This document shows, in pieces, positions 36,818 through 50,995 of a stretch of DNA of 64,000 bases (within the stretch, counting starts at the first letter, position 1; every line of letters starts with the position of its first letter). Under the pieces are notes generated by a model, which was not told the origin of the DNA, made no database searches, and was given only the letters and a program-made list of their open reading frames with translations. The translations under genes and the position numbers were made by a program. Source of the stretch: Malacoraja senta. Taxonomy: Eukaryota. The stretch is from NCBI GenBank assembly GCA_038087875.1, contig JAXLNO010002694.1:248001-312000 (forward strand), read 5' to 3'.

Positions 36818-38250
36818 TGCGTCGGGGATCGTGCTGAGCCCATTGCCGATGTTGATCGCTATTAACGATTTGGATGAAAATGTAAACATATAATGGTGGA
36901 GTAACTCAGCGGGACAGGCAGCATCTCTGGATAGAAGGAATGGGTGATGTTTCGGGTCGAGTCTGAAGAAGGGTCTCGACCTGAAACATCACACATTCCT
37001 TCTATCCAGAGATGCTGCCTGTCCCGCTGAGTTACTCAAGCATTTTGTGTCTATCTTCAGTTTAAACCAGCATCTGCAGTTCCTTCCTACACATTGGATG
37101 AGAATGTACAAGCCATGGCTAGTAAGTTTGCAGATGACACTAAAGTAGTTGGTATTGTAGAGAGGGAAGATGATTAGAGTCATAGTCATATAACGTGTAA
37201 ACAGGCCCATCAGCCGAATTTTCCTATGCAGACCAACACACCCCATCACACTAGTTCCACCCGTCAGCATTTGGCCCATATCCCTCTAAACCTGTCCTAT
37301 CCATGTGCCTGTCTAAATGTTTCTTATACATTGTGATAGTACCTGCCTCAACCACCTCCACCAGCAGCTTGTTCCATATGCCAACCGCCCTGTGTGTAAA
37401 AAAGTTGCCCCTCAGTTTCCTATTGCAATTTTTAAAAATAATCTTTTGGTTATGAAGAATTACAGTGGGATCTTAATCAGCTGGGCAGGTGAGCCGAGGA
37501 ATGGGAAATGGAGTTTAATTCAGACAAGTCCGAGGACTTGCATTTCCCTTTCCAGTGACTCGTCTGAAGAAGGGTCTAGACCCAAAAGGACACCCATTCC
37601 TTCTCTCCAGGGATGCTGCCTGTCCCGCTGAGTTACTCCAGGTTTTTGTGTCTATCAGAGGTAGTCACGTTGGTGAAGAAGGCTTTTGACTTTCATCTGT
37701 AAGGGCATTTACTATGGAGGAACTGCACATGCTGGTTTACAAAAAATGAACTGCAGATTCTGGTTTACAAAAAAAAAGACACAAAGTATTGGATAACTGA
37801 ATGGGTCAGGCAGCATCTCTCGAGAACAAGGAAAGACGATGTTTTGGGTTGGATCCCTTCTTCAGACGCTAGACGAAGTTTATGTTTGGGATCCATCCTC
37901 AGACTGAAAAAGTGCCCTAATCCAAAACGTCGCCTATCCATGTTCTCCGGGAGATGCTGCCTGACCCACTGAGTTACTCCAACACTTAATGTGAAAAACA
38001 AAGAGCTGCAGATGCTGGTTTATACCAAAAATAGGCACAATGTGCTGGAGTAACTCAGGAGAAAAAGGATGGGTGATGTTGTGGGTCGGGCTTCTTCAGT
38101 GTGAAAAAGGGTCCCGACCCAAAATGTCACCTATCCATGTTCTCCGGAGATGCTGCCTGACCAGCTGATTTGCTTTAGCACTTTGCGTCTTTCATTGAGG
38201 TTGGGACGTGTTGCTATGGTTGTACAAGTTGTTCTTCATCCATCACTTAC

Positions 38251-38526
38251 CCCAGACAACGTCCATTCCTTCGGGCCTGCTGCTGTGCCACACGCGGCAG
38301 ACATGCTCCCGTCTCTCTGCAGGCTCCATCAGCAGAGTTACCCTCATCTGATAGGTGCCATCGTGGTTGGGTAGAACGCCAGAGTTTTTGTTCGCAGGGA
38401 CAGGTTGCCCATCCCTGAACCAACTTACGTTGATGGTCTGCGGGAAAAAGCCAGTGGCCAGGCAATGGAGAGCGAGTTTCTGACCATCGGGAGACCTCCC
38501 GGAGTAGACCCTCACATCTGGAACAG
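38251..38526 (-). CDS. MHC class I exon 4 (alpha3, Ig C1 domain)
   Basis: 276 nt, ctctcag / gtaagt; AVPDVRVY...HCLATGFFP..INVSW...VLPNHDGTYQ...HVCRVWHSS; both Ig cysteines present. Confidence 0.97.
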
Positions 38527-41500
38527 CTGAGAGAAAAGAGAGAGAGAGACATGGAGATACAGGGAACCACAGACACTGGAATCTTGAGTTAATATTGGAG
38601 AAGCTCATTAGACTTTAGAGATACAGCGCGAAAACAGGCCCTTCCGCCCACTGAGTCCGAACCAACCAGCGATCAACACTAGCACTATCCTACACACACT
38701 AGGGACAATTTACAATTTTTACCGAGCCAATTTTACCGATAGACCTGTACGTCTTTGGAGTGTGGGAGGACACTCGAGCACCTGGAGGAAACCCACGCGG
38801 TCACAGGGTGACGGTACAAACTCCGTGCATTCAGCGCCCATAGTCAGGATCAAACCTGAATCTCTGGTGCTGTAAGGCAGCAATTCTACCGCTGCGCCAC
38901 CGTGCTGGACAAACCCAGAGGGTCAGGCAGCATCTGTGGAGGACAATGGGCAGGAACACTCTCTGAACCAAAACGCCGTCTGTCCATTCCCACCACCGAT
39001 GCTGCTTGTCGGAGCCATTAAGCTTGTCAGTATTATTATCATCATGTCTGATATTATTAGTTTTAGTTTTTATCTGCCTGTACTTTTGTAGGTGGGATTT
39101 GATACATAGTAGGGGTGTGTTCTTTTGTTAGAGGCGTCTGGCGCAGACTCTCAGATTAGAAGTATCAGTTTGGTGTCGGAGAATGAGGGGAAACAGTTTT
39201 CTACCATGATCACACACATGTTATGAGACGGCATACCTTTATAAGAAGCTTTTATGTGATTTAGATGATGTGAATGGAACAGCGATAAAGAACAGAAAGT
39301 TATGAGTTATTTCTTTGTTTTGTATTACTTCAATAAAAAAGCAATTAATCAAGAAACAAAGTCTGGAAGATTCATCTTTGCTGTCGTGTGTCGTGAGTGC
39401 GTTAGGCTATACCTCCGAATCATCTCCGATAATTAATGGCTATCGAAGTTGGACTTTGAGAATGTTGTAAAAACTGCCATTATACTGCCTGTCCCACCGA
39501 GCCCCTCTAGCACCGTTTGCTGCCTTAGAACGCCAGAGACTCGAGTTTGACCCCGACTACAGGTGCTGTATGTATGGCGTTTGCACGTTCTCCCCGTAAC
39601 CTGCGTGGGTTTCCCCCAAGAGCTCCAGTTTCTTCCCACACTCCAAAGATGTACGGGTTTGTAGGTTAATTGGCTTGGTAAAATAGTAAAATGTCCCTAT
39701 TGTGCATTGGATAGTATTAGTGTATGCGGATCGCTGGTCGGCACGGACTCGGTGGACCAAAGTGGCCCGTTTCCACGCTGTATCTCTAATACTAACCTAA
39801 AAACTGTGGAAGATAGTCATGGCCAGGGTCTCGAGTGCACAATCTGTGGCGGTCAACAGCGCAACAGATTGAGAGCTCCTGAGACCCAGGTTCGATCCTG
39901 ACCCCATTGCTGCCTGCATGGAGTTTGCAAATTCTCCCTGTGAGTCCATGGGTTGCCACCAGGTACTTCGGTTTCGTCCCATATCCTAAAATTAAGTGGC
40001 CTAATAGTGTCAAGTGTAAAGATGAGTGGTGGAATCTGGAGGAACAAGATGGGAATAAGGGATTGGTGTAGAATATAGGACAGTACAGCATGGAAACAGG
40101 CCCTTCGGCCCACCATGTCTGTGCTGATCATGATGCCAATCTTAACTAATAACATCTGCCTGCACAGGGTTTGAATCCCTCCATTCCTCTGTTCCTTGTT
40201 TAAATGTCTGTCTAAATGTCTTTCAAACGTTGCTATCATGTTTATCCCCACCATTTCTCCTGGCATCACGTTCTGGGGACCAATCACTTGTCTTGCAAAT
40301 CTCCTTTTTGCTGATGGCCTCTATTCCAGGCATCATTCTGGTCTACCACTTCTGCACCCTGCCCAAAGCTTCCACTGTGGCACCATCTTGTGGCCGGCCC
40401 ACTTTGGTCTTGAACAGTCGTTCATCGAGCTCGAGCTCTTATGTGAACTCGCGTGATCTGGGCCGACCAATCGACGCAGAACTGGGTGGTCAGGTGACGG
40501 GGTGCAACTGACGATGGAGCTAGTCTTCCCTTGGCAGTGAACGCGTTAACACACTTTGCACTTTGGTACTAATATTAAACTGAGTGTTTAAATATTAAAC
40601 TGAGTGTTTATACAACCTCTTCACCACATCCTTTCTTTAACAGGGTGACTAGAATGGCACACAATACTCCAAATGAGACCTAATCAAACTTTTACAACTG
40701 CAATATGACTTCCCATCTTTTATATTGACTGATGAATGCTAATATATCATAGGCCCTCCTCACCACCCTATCTACTTGTGTTGCTACTTTCAAAGAACTA
40801 TGGATTCACACCCAAGATCCATCTGTACATCATTGCTCCCTGGAGCCTTGCCATTTATCTTTCCTCTTACATTTGACCTTCCAAAATGCAGCAATTTGCA
40901 CTTTTCCAGATTTTTTTTTAGATTAAAAAGAAAAAAATATTTATTTATTTATTGTACATGTTAAAAAATACAAACACAAATAAACTTATAAGCAATAAAA
41001 GGAAAACAAAACACAAAGGAAAACAAACAAATAAGTAACTCAAATAATACAAATAATATCGTTCATGTTCAAAAGGGGTAAGAAGAAGTTCGAAAACGTT
41101 TCTGGTCCTACCCCCTCTTATTTTCCATACATTTTCATGGAAAAACAAAATAATGGGAACAAATGGACCCAAAATCTGTTGAACAGTCCACAAACAAGAA
41201 ATAACCAAACAGAAAAGAAAATCACTGGTCCAGCTCATAACCATTCAATCTTTTGTTTCTGAAAAGTGTTTTTAGTTTGAATAGAGTCTTACATTTTTTC
41301 AGCTCATCATGGCATTAAACATTATCTGCCAATTCTCTACCCACATCACCAGCTGGTCCATATCCAGTTGATTTCTTTGACAACCTCTCTCGCTTTCAAC
41401 AACAGAAATTATGTGTTCTGTGCAAACCTACTCTTCAGCCCACCTATATTTAGACTTTAACACTTTATACTTTGGAGACACAGCATGGAAACAGGCCCTT

Positions 41501-41899
41501 CAGCCCACCGAGTCCGTGCCAACTAACGATCACCCCCTTACACTAGCACTATCCTACACACTTGGGACAATCTCAATTTTTACCAAACCTACAAACTTGT
41601 ACGTCTTTGGAATTCGGGAGGAAACCAGGGCAACCTGAGGAAACCCGCATGGTCACAGGGAGAATGTACAAACTCTGTACAGACAGCACCCGTAGTCATG
41701 ATTGAACCAGGGTCTCTGGCGCTGGCAACTCTACCGCTGTGCCACCATGCCGCCACAAATTATTGCCCAAATCATTATTTAGTTTAAAGATAGATGCGAA
41801 ATGCAGGAGTAACTGTGTATAGTGTTTAGTGTTTAGTGTCTAGTGTGTCCTAGAAATGTGCTACGGGGATAACTTTGTTTACAACCGCGCTGAGTTACT

Positions 41900-44800
41900 T
41901 ACCGTCGGTTTAAAATGATGCACCGACGTTAGAAGTGATTTCCAGTGATCTCGCAACATACCCAGGTCATAGCGAGCCCACCGGGCTCTTCCTGGATTGT
42001 TGTCGGGACTGGGAGGCAGCGCAGACGGCGAAGGGAGCGGAAGCAGAAGCGAGGATGCCGGGCGGGCCTACTTGCTAGGGTAAATAAACAGCCACATAGA
42101 CTTCCGTTACCGAGCATCTTCCTCACCAACACCAGATCCATCGTCCACATAACAGACGCACTGGAACTGCAAATTGCTGCAAACACCTATGTTCACGAAT
42201 GCTGTGTGATGGTCATAACAGAAACCTGGCTGATCCTGGACGCTGCAGTACAACTGACGTACCACCCATCGCCAAGACAGAAACAGTGACTCCGGGAAGA
42301 AGAGAAGAGGTGGTCTTTGCATCTATGTACATAACGATAAGTGTACAAACAGTAGGATCATATACACCCATTGCTCTCCTTACTTAGAAGTCATGACTGC
42401 CATTTGCAGACCCTTCCATTTGCCTAGAGAGTTCACAGTAGTAATGATGACAGCTGTTTATATCCCACCAGATGCTAATGTTAGCACAACTCTTGTCCAT
42501 CTGCATGACACCATAAACAAACAACAGCAGGCTCATCCTGAGGGAGTTTACATTGTTGCGGGGGATTTCAATCAAGTGCTTCCTAAATTCGTACAATACG
42601 TACAGTGTCCCACCAGGGGGTAAAACATACTGGACCACGTCTACCACAACATAAAGCATGCATATAGATCAGTACCCCTCCCACATTTGGGCCTGTCAGA
42701 CCATCTCTCACTGCTCCTCATCCCAGCATATATTTCCCTCAGGAGGAAAACCAAGCCGGACATAAAGATCATAAAAACCTGGCCTGAGGGAGCACTCTCT
42801 CAGCTGCAGGGTTGCTTTACACATACAGCATGGAATATATTTCAACAACAGGACTTACAGGACTACACAGAAACTGTACTGTCCTACATAAAGAACTGCA
42901 CCGATAATGTCACTGGTTGAAAAACCTATCCGGGTTTATCCCAACCAAAAACTCTGGATGACTAGTGAAGTACAGTCACTCCTGAGAAAGTGCAACTCTG
43001 CCTTTAGATCGGGTGACAGGGCCCAATACAGCATGGCAAGAGCAGAACTGAGGAGAGGCATGAAAGCTGCAAAGGAAGCCTACAAGAAAAAAGTGGAGGA
43101 CCATCTCACACACAATAACCCACGGCAGGTGTGGCAAGGATTACATTTAAATATTATCTAAATGGTGGCCGATTAGGAAATGGGGAGATGCAGCGAGACC
43201 TGGGTGTCATGGTACACCTGTCATTGAAAGTAGGCATGCAGGTGCAGCAGGCAGTGAAGAAAGCGAATGGTATGTTGGCCTTCATAGCAAGAGGATTTGA
43301 GTATAGGAGCAGGGAGGTTCTACTGCAGTTATACAGGGTCTTGGTGAGACCACACCTGGAGTATTGCGTACAGTTTTGGTCTCCAAATCTGAGGAAGGAC
43401 ATTATAGCCATAGAGGGAGTGCAGAGAAGGTTCACCAGACTGATTCCTGGGATGTCAGGACTTTCATATGAAGAAAGACTGGATAGACTTGGCTTATACT
43501 CGCTAGAATTTAGGAGATTGAGAGGGGATCTTATAGAAACGTACAAAATTCTTATGGGGTTGGACAGGCTAGATGCAGGAAGATTGTTCCCGATGTTGGG
43601 GAAGTCCAGGACAAGGGGTCACAGCTTAAGGATAAGGGGGAAATCCTTTAAGACCGAGATGAGGGAAAACTTTTTCACACAGAGAGTGGTGAATCTCTGG
43701 AACTCTCTGCCACAGAGGGTAGTTGAGGCCAGTTCATTGGCTATATTTAAGAGGGAGTTAGATGTGGCCCTTGTGGCTAAAGGGATCAGGGGGTATGGAG
43801 AGAAGTAAGGTACGGGATACTGAGTTGGATGATCAGCCATGATCATATTGAATGGCGGTGCAGGCTCGAAGGGCCGAATGGCCTACTCCTGCACCTATTT
43901 TCTATGTATCTATGTATCTATGTACAGCAAATCACCAACTACAAAGGAAACTCACCTGTGACTGACGGTGCTAATGCCTCGCTGGTGGAGGAACAAAACC
44001 ATTTCTTTGCTCGCTTTGAGGCAAAGAGGCCTCATGCAATCACGCTGCTCCCACCGACCTCCAGCTCCCATTCGCTCACTCTCCAGGAACACCAAGTGAG
44101 GCGCGCGGTCAAGTCGGTGAACCCAAGGAAAGCCGCTCCCTCCAAACCTTGACCCTCATCAGTTTGCTTATAGAGCAAACAGATGGATGGAGGATGCCAT
44201 CGCCACTGCCCTCCACACTGCACTGAGCCATCTGGAACACCCGGGGAACTATGTAAAGTACGCGGTAAGTACGCGCTAAGTTCGCGCGTGACGTAACCTG
44301 CGTCATACTTACCAATCAGCTGGGCAGGAGGCGGGCCAACTGAATTTGGGTGTCGCACGGCGTCGGGCGGTGACGTCATCATGCAACGGCACGCCGGGCG
44401 GTGACATCATCGCGCAACGCCACGCGCTAGGCGTACGCCGTTAAGACGCTGCGTACGACGTCGAGACGCTGCGTACGCCCTCAATGTGCCTGCGGGCCGA
44501 CAGGCTGTTGACGCGCGGAATTTTCGGACAGTGCGGGATTTTCGGAGCCCCGCGCGATGTCGGGACCAGCCCTGCACAACTCCATCCGCCTCCGCGCTTG
44601 GAAGTGGGACCGGGTCGGCGCAGCCCGTACGCCTCCAGCGACCACGTTTGGTCGTGCCAGACGCATGCAATCGCATGCAAGTGGGACAGGCCCTTTAGAC
44701 TTCCCCCCTCTCACCTGCATCTGGATAAAGGACTTCCTTACTAACCGCCCATAAACAGTCAAAATGGGCCCCCACTGCTCCTCCACCCTCGCACTCAGCA

Positions 44801-45620
44801 CTGGTTCTCCACAGGGCTGTGTGCTGAGTCCACTCCTCTATGCTCTGTACACTTACGACTGCACTCCCATCCACTCCACAAACTCCATTATTAAATTCGC
44901 GGATGACACCACAGTGGTCGGACTCATATCAGGAGGAGACGAGGCAGCGTACAGAGACGAGGTCTTGAAGCTGTCAGAGTGGTGTTCTGCGAGCAACCTG
45001 GCACTTAATATCAGCAAAACAAAGGAAATGGTCATCGACTACAGAAGGCACAGAACGGACCCAGGCCCGCTCTACATCAACGGGGACTGTGTCGAGAGGG
45101 TTTCCACCTTCAAATTCCTGGGAACGCACATCGCGGAGGACCTCTCCTGGTCTGCCAACACTTCAGCGGTGGTAAAAAAGATTCAGCAGCGATTGCACTT
45201 CCCGAGAGTGCTGAGGAAGAACAGTCTAGAGGAGAAGCTGCTGGTGGCCTTCTACCGCTCCACCATCGACAGTGTGCTGGCACATTGTATCACGGTGTGG
45301 CAATGCCGGCTGCTCAGCAGCAGACAGGAGAGCACTGCAGAGAGTGATCAAAACTGCCCAGAAAATCATCAGCTGCCCTCTGTCTTCCCTGGAAGACATC
45401 TCCAGCTCTCGGTGCCTCTGTAGAGCCAGGAAAAGAATCAAAGACCCCTCCCATCCTGGACAGTCCCTGTTCAACCTCCTGCCCTCTGGTAGGCGGTACA
45501 GGTGCGTCAAATGCCGGACAAACAGACTCAAGAACAGTTTCTTTCCCTGGGCCATCAGAACTCTAAATTCCTCAAATATCCACACGACATGAGAATGCTG
45601 TCATCCATTCCACTATAAAA
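41900..45620 (+). mobile_element. Rex1/Babar-type LINE (EN + RT), degenerate, with nested CR1 (~43152-43923) and a Harbinger-like MITE half (~44255-44695)
   Basis: RRRRERKQKRGCRAG, CCVMVITETWL, VYIPP, AGDFN, SDHLSLLL, TGSPQGCVLSPLLY, KFADDTT. Confidence 0.9.
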
Positions 45621-46890
45621 CAGACCACTCAGCTAATATTTCTTTTTTTAAATTCTTTTAAAGTATTTATTAAATTTTAAAGTGTAATATTCTCCCAGTG
45701 CAATGTTGTTCCTAGGTGTGATAATTATAATGTATCTACTATTTCATGCAGTTAAATAACATATTATAAAAGTATAAAGTATCCTTTATTGTCATTCAAA
45801 CTTTTGGTTTGATCGAAATTACGTGCCTTGCAGTCATGACAGAGAATAAAATAACAGAACGCACAATGAACACAGTTCAACATTCACCACAGTGAGTCTA
45901 CCAGACACCTCCTCACTGTGATGGAAGGCAAACGTCTTAAAGTCCTTGTCCATTGAATGTATTGGATGTGTTTTTGTCTTGTTTGGACTTGTTTTGGTTG
46001 CACTGATCAGTAGCAGCTCTCCTAATGTCATTGTATTTCTAAGTACAATGACAATAAAGGCTTATTATTATTATATTATTATTATTATTATTATTATTAT
46101 TACAGGAGACTTTTAAAGTCAGGACCCTTCATCAGTCTTTGGCATTTACAAACTGGAAAAAGGATTCTGATGTTCTACTCTATGTCCCTCATAATTTTAT
46201 ATTCTTCTATCACATCTTTCCTCAACCAACAGGGCTCCAGAGAAAACAATCCAATTTTGTCCAACCTCTCCCTATAGCTAATACCCCTAATTCAGAAAAC
46301 ATTCTAGTAAACCCCTTCTGCACCCTCTGCAAAGCCTCCACATCCTTCCTGTAATGGGGCGATGAGAACAGCACACCATGCTCTAAATGCGGCGTAACCA
46401 AAGTTTTACAAAGCTGCGTCATGACTTCCTGACTCTTATGCCCAATGCCCTGACTGATGAAGGCTAAGCACACATTACAACTCAGTGGGCTAGCGTTAGG
46501 GGAGAGGGGTCCCATCACCCAGAGTGTGTGGGTGTGGGGAAGTGGTTCCCATACCATGGGGGAGACAGCGGGATGGCATGGATTCACCCATGAACACAGT
46601 TTGGCGTTCGGCGCAAAACCCAAAGTGTTGGAGCAACTCAACAGGTCAGGCACCATCTGTGCAGGGAATGGATCAGCAACGTTTTGGGTTGGGACCTTTC
46701 CTCATAAGGGGCTACATGCCAAGCGGCAAGGGGGGTAGATAATGCAGGTCCACACAGCAAGTGTGGCCTTTGGTCAACCAGAAATAGGTGTGACTTCCCA
46801 TCCTGGTGACCAAACCAAGGGTGATAGAGGAGATAAGACAAATGCTGGAGTAACTCAGTGGGACAGGCTGCATCTCTGGAGAGAAGGAAT

Positions 46891-46925
46891 GGGTGACGTT
46901 TCGGGTCGAGACCCTTCTTCAGACT
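46891..46925 (-). ncRNA. Minimal hammerhead-like motif (GUC), intact core; sense to the MHC pre-mRNA in intron 3
   Basis: AGT-CTGAAGA-A-GGGT-CTCG-ACCC-GAAAC-GTC-ACCC on the minus strand, ~80 nt downstream of the alpha2 donor. Confidence 0.5.
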
Positions 46926-47005
46926 GATAGAAGAGGTGGCGGGACAAGAGGGGGATAGGATTGGCGGGCGGAGGGGCAAACGACGGCTGGCACAGCGTGA
47001 CCTAC

Positions 47006-47281
47006 CTTTGCGAGATAGCATGGAGTCTCCGTACTCGAGGTATTTCTTCAACCATTCCACGCAGATCGTCTCGGTGTAATGCTTCTTGTAGATGTTGTGG
47101 GCTGTGTCGCTGTTCCACTTGTCCCTCGTGCTCAAGGCCAAGGGTGAGGCGGTGACCCAGATGGACCGCTCGAAGTCAAAGCTGATCAGATCCTGGCCGT
47201 TGAAGGCATACTGGCGCACCCCGCTCACCGTCCCGTTGTCCGTGACGCTGCAGCCCGACGTGTACTGCAGGTAGTTCAGCT
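47006..47281 (-). CDS. MHC class I exon 3 (alpha2 domain)
   Basis: 276 nt, tccag / gtaggt; ELNYLQYTSGCSV...QYAFNGQDLISFD...STRDKW...YTETICVEWLKKYLEYG; both alpha2 cysteines present. Confidence 0.98.
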
Positions 47282-48498
47282 CTGGACATGGAGAGAACGT
47301 CAAAAGCCGTCCGAAACTCACACACATCCTCTACATCCACCAACCCAGGGGTGGCATCTACAAGATGGATATTACCCACCATTACCTGCCCATTACTGTC
47401 CCAATTCAGCACGGAACTCAACATCCCGTTACACTCCCAACAGTTGTACAAAATGTTGGCGAAGCCACGTGTTAGTTTTGTTTATTATTATTGTCGTCAT
47501 AGACTCATACAGCATGGAAACAAGCCCTTTGGCCCAACTTGCCCACACCCACAAATATTCCCATCTGCACTAACCCCACCTGCCTGCGTTTGGTCCATAT
47601 CCCTCTAAACCTGTCCTATCCATCTGTCCATATCATTGTTTCTTAAACGTTGCAATTGTCCATACATCAACTACCTCCTCTGGCAGCTCATTCCATACAC
47701 CCACCACCCTTTGAGTGGAAAAGTTACCCCTCAGATTCATATTGAATCTTTCCCCCCTTCAGCTTAAACCTATGTTCTCTGGTTCTCGATTCCCCTGCTC
47801 TGATCAAGAGACTCTGTGAGTCTACCCGATCTATTCCTCTCACGATTTTATACACCTCAAGAATACTGAGGTATATTAAAAAGCTTTTTCTTGCATGCTA
47901 TCCAATAGGCAAAAAGGCGATAGTGTACAGATAAAGGGAATAATGTTTAGTACAAGATAAAGTCCAATTAAAGATAGTCCGAAGGTCTCCAATGAGATAG
48001 GTGGCGACTCAAGCCAGCTTTCTAGTTGGTGATAGAATGGCTCAATTGTCTCTAAACAGCCTTTGAAGAAACTGTCCCTGAATCAGGAGATGTGTGTTTT
48101 CACACTTCCATCCCTCTTGCCAAACGGGAAAGGGGAGAAGATTGAGTGACTGGGGCGAGACTCATCCTTCATTATGCTGGCAATCCTAGGATGGCTGATT
48201 TGGAGGGTTGTGTTCAGTTTTGGTCACCCTGCTCTTAGAAGGAAGTTAATAAACTGATGAATAGGGCAGAGAAGGTTTACGTTCTCCCCGTGACCTGCGT
48301 GGGTTTTCTACGCGATGTTCGTTTTCCTCCCACACCCCAAAGACGTACAGGTGTATGGATCAATTGGCGGTGCGGACTTGGTGGGCCGAAGGGCCTGTTT
48401 TCACGCTGAATCTCTAAACCAAACTGAACTCCTAACATGTCTGTGCACACCATTGCCCATGGCATGCCGTGTGAATCAAGCACTGAGGATGCACATAC

Positions 48499-48762
48499 CC
48501 ATCTTGCTGCGGTTAGATCGTTGCATTACGATCTGGACATTGGCCATGTACAACTTGTGTCGATTGATCAATCTCTGGGTCTCCTTGTCCCAGTAGTCAC
48601 TTCCCAGGGCTCTCTCCATCCAAGGCTGCCGGGCAATGTCCTCCTCGGTTTTGCTGTCAAAGTAGGTTATCTGAACGCCATCCAAAACTCCGATGTGCAC
48701 AAACTCAGGAAGGTCCACACTCCCGACCATCGAGGTGTAGTAATATTGCAGTGAGTGTGTCT
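48499..48762 (-). CDS. MHC class I exon 2 (alpha1 domain)
   Basis: 264 nt, ttacag / gtatgt; (E)THSLQYYYTSM...PEFVHIGVLDGVQITYFDS...PWM...DYWDKET...QRSNRSKM; N86-equivalent sequon NRS. Confidence 0.98.
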
Positions 48763-50104
48763 CTGTAAATCACAACACAACACAACCTCAGAATGAGATA
48801 ACATGGTGCCGGCCTTTCAGACACCTCCTCTCCTCTATCTCCTGCCCGCCACTCCCCAGTAAAAGAACATGGAACATAGAACAGTACATTACAGGACCAG
48901 GCCCTTGGACCCACAATGTTTGTGCCAAACATGATACCAAGTTAAACTGATCTAATCTGCCTGTACATGGGGCATATCCCTCTATTATTTTCACTTACAA
49001 GTGCCTACCTAAAAGCCTCTTAAATGGCACTATGGTATCTGCCTCCATCACCACCACCCCTGTCAGTGCGTTCCTGGCACCTACCACCCTCTGTGTAAAA
49101 ATCACACCCAGAATATCTTCATTAAACTTTCCACCGCTCACCTTATAGCTATGCCCTCTAGTTTTGGATATTTTAACTCTCGGAAAAAGGTTCTGTCTAT
49201 CTACCCTGTCTATGCATTATGATTTCATATTCTATCAAGCCACCCTTCAACCTCCAATGTTTCAGAGAAAACAATCCAAGTTTATCCAACCTAATGGGCA
49301 GAGAAAGCTCAAGAAATGAACGCCGTCATCTCAATGGAGACACAAGAAACTGCAGATGCTGTAATCCTGAGCATAAACAAAATGCTGGAGTAACTCAGTG
49401 GGTCAGGCAGTATCTGTGGAGGGCAGGCCGAGTTTCAGGTCGGGACCCTGTTTCGACTCCATCTCCGTTGGAAGAAAATTATTAAAACAGAGAGGTGAAA
49501 GTGTACAGTTATAGTCTCCACATTACAGGAAGAATGTGGCTACACTGGAGAAGGCGCTGAGGAGATTCATCAGGATGTTGCCTGGGATGAAGCTGTTATG
49601 AAGAGAGACCAGAGAGGCTGGGTTTGCTTTCCTTTGAGCAGTGGAATGTGAAGGGGGAATCCTAATGGACGCGTACAACATTATGAGAGGCATAGATAGG
49701 ATAGAGAGTAAGAAACATTTCCCCATAAGGAAGACTCTAAATAAGGAGGCGTAGGTTTAAGATAAGGAGCAAGATCTTCATCGAGGATTTGGTGTTTGAA
49801 ATCTGGAAGACACTGCCTGAGAGGTGATTCTCCCAACATTTAAGAAAATCTGGGTAAAGAACCAGATTGCCAAGGCAGAAAAAGTAATGAACCAAATGCT
49901 GGTAAATAAATTAGTAGAATGCAATTTGCTGCATTTTGAGAAGTCAGATCATGGCAGGATCTTCACGGTGAATGACAGGCCTCTGGGGAGTGTTGTAGAG
50001 CAGAGGAGCCTAGGAGTGCAGGTACATAGTTCGCATAAAGTGGCATTACAGGTAGATAGGGTGGTGAAAAAAGCTTTTGGTACATTGGCCTTCACTAGTC
50101 AAGG

Positions 50105-50995
50105 TATTGAGTATTGAGGCAGCTTACAACCCAGCGTTATGAATATTGATTTCTCTAACTTCAAGTCACCCTTGCAACCCCTCTCCCTCTCTGTCCCTCC
50201 CCCACCCAAGTCGTTGTACTAGTATCAAAATCGTCTTGTGTAGGAAAGAACTGTAGGTGCTGGTTTACACCGAAGATAGACACAAAATGCTGGAGTGACT
50301 CAGTAGGACGGGCAGCATCTCTGGATAGAAGGATTGGGTGACGTTTCGGGTCGAGACCCTTCTTCGGACTTGTCAACAAGACAAGGTCGTCTTGTTGTGT
50401 CTCATTGCCTGTAACTCATTTTGGGGCCACATGAGTGCAACGGCGCCATGTAGACTGGGCAATCGTTTCACTGAACACCTTCGCTCAGTCCCCTTGGAGT
50501 TACCTGATCTCCCAGTTGCCAAACACTTTAATTCCCCTTCCCATTCCTACACTGAGCTTTCTGTCCTCGGTCTCCTCGATTGTCAGAGTGAGGCCAAATG
50601 CAAATTGGAGGTATAGCATCTCATATTTTGCTTGGTCAGCTTACAACCCAGTGGTATGATTATTGATTTCTCTAACTTCAAGTAACCCTTGCATCCCCTC
50701 TCTTTTTCCATCCCCCTCTCGCCCAAGTCATACCAGCATCAAAGTCCGCTTGTTGAGTCTCATTGTTGATACTTGTTTTCACCCAGCACACAGCTAACAA
50801 TGGTCTGTTTCTTTTATCATTGTTACTTTTTAGTATATCTTTAATTTATTTGTTCTATATCTCCCTATATCACCATCTATATCTCTCGTTTCCCTTTCCC
50901 CTGACTCTCAGTCTGGAAAAGGGTCTCCACCCGAAACATCACCCAGAGATGCTGCCAGTCCCGCTGAGTTACTCCAGCGTTTTGTGTCTAGGCTG
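50105..50995 (+). mobile_element. Penelope-like element 3' end: GIY-YIG domain C-terminus plus terminal repeat, in partial-tandem arrangement
   Basis: RLGNRFTEHLRSV...DLPVAKHFNSPSHS..LSVLGLL.CQSEA...LQPSGM.IDFSNFK* (~50440-50685); 3' piece duplicated at ~50118-50240; degenerate hammerhead core at ~50912. Confidence 0.85.
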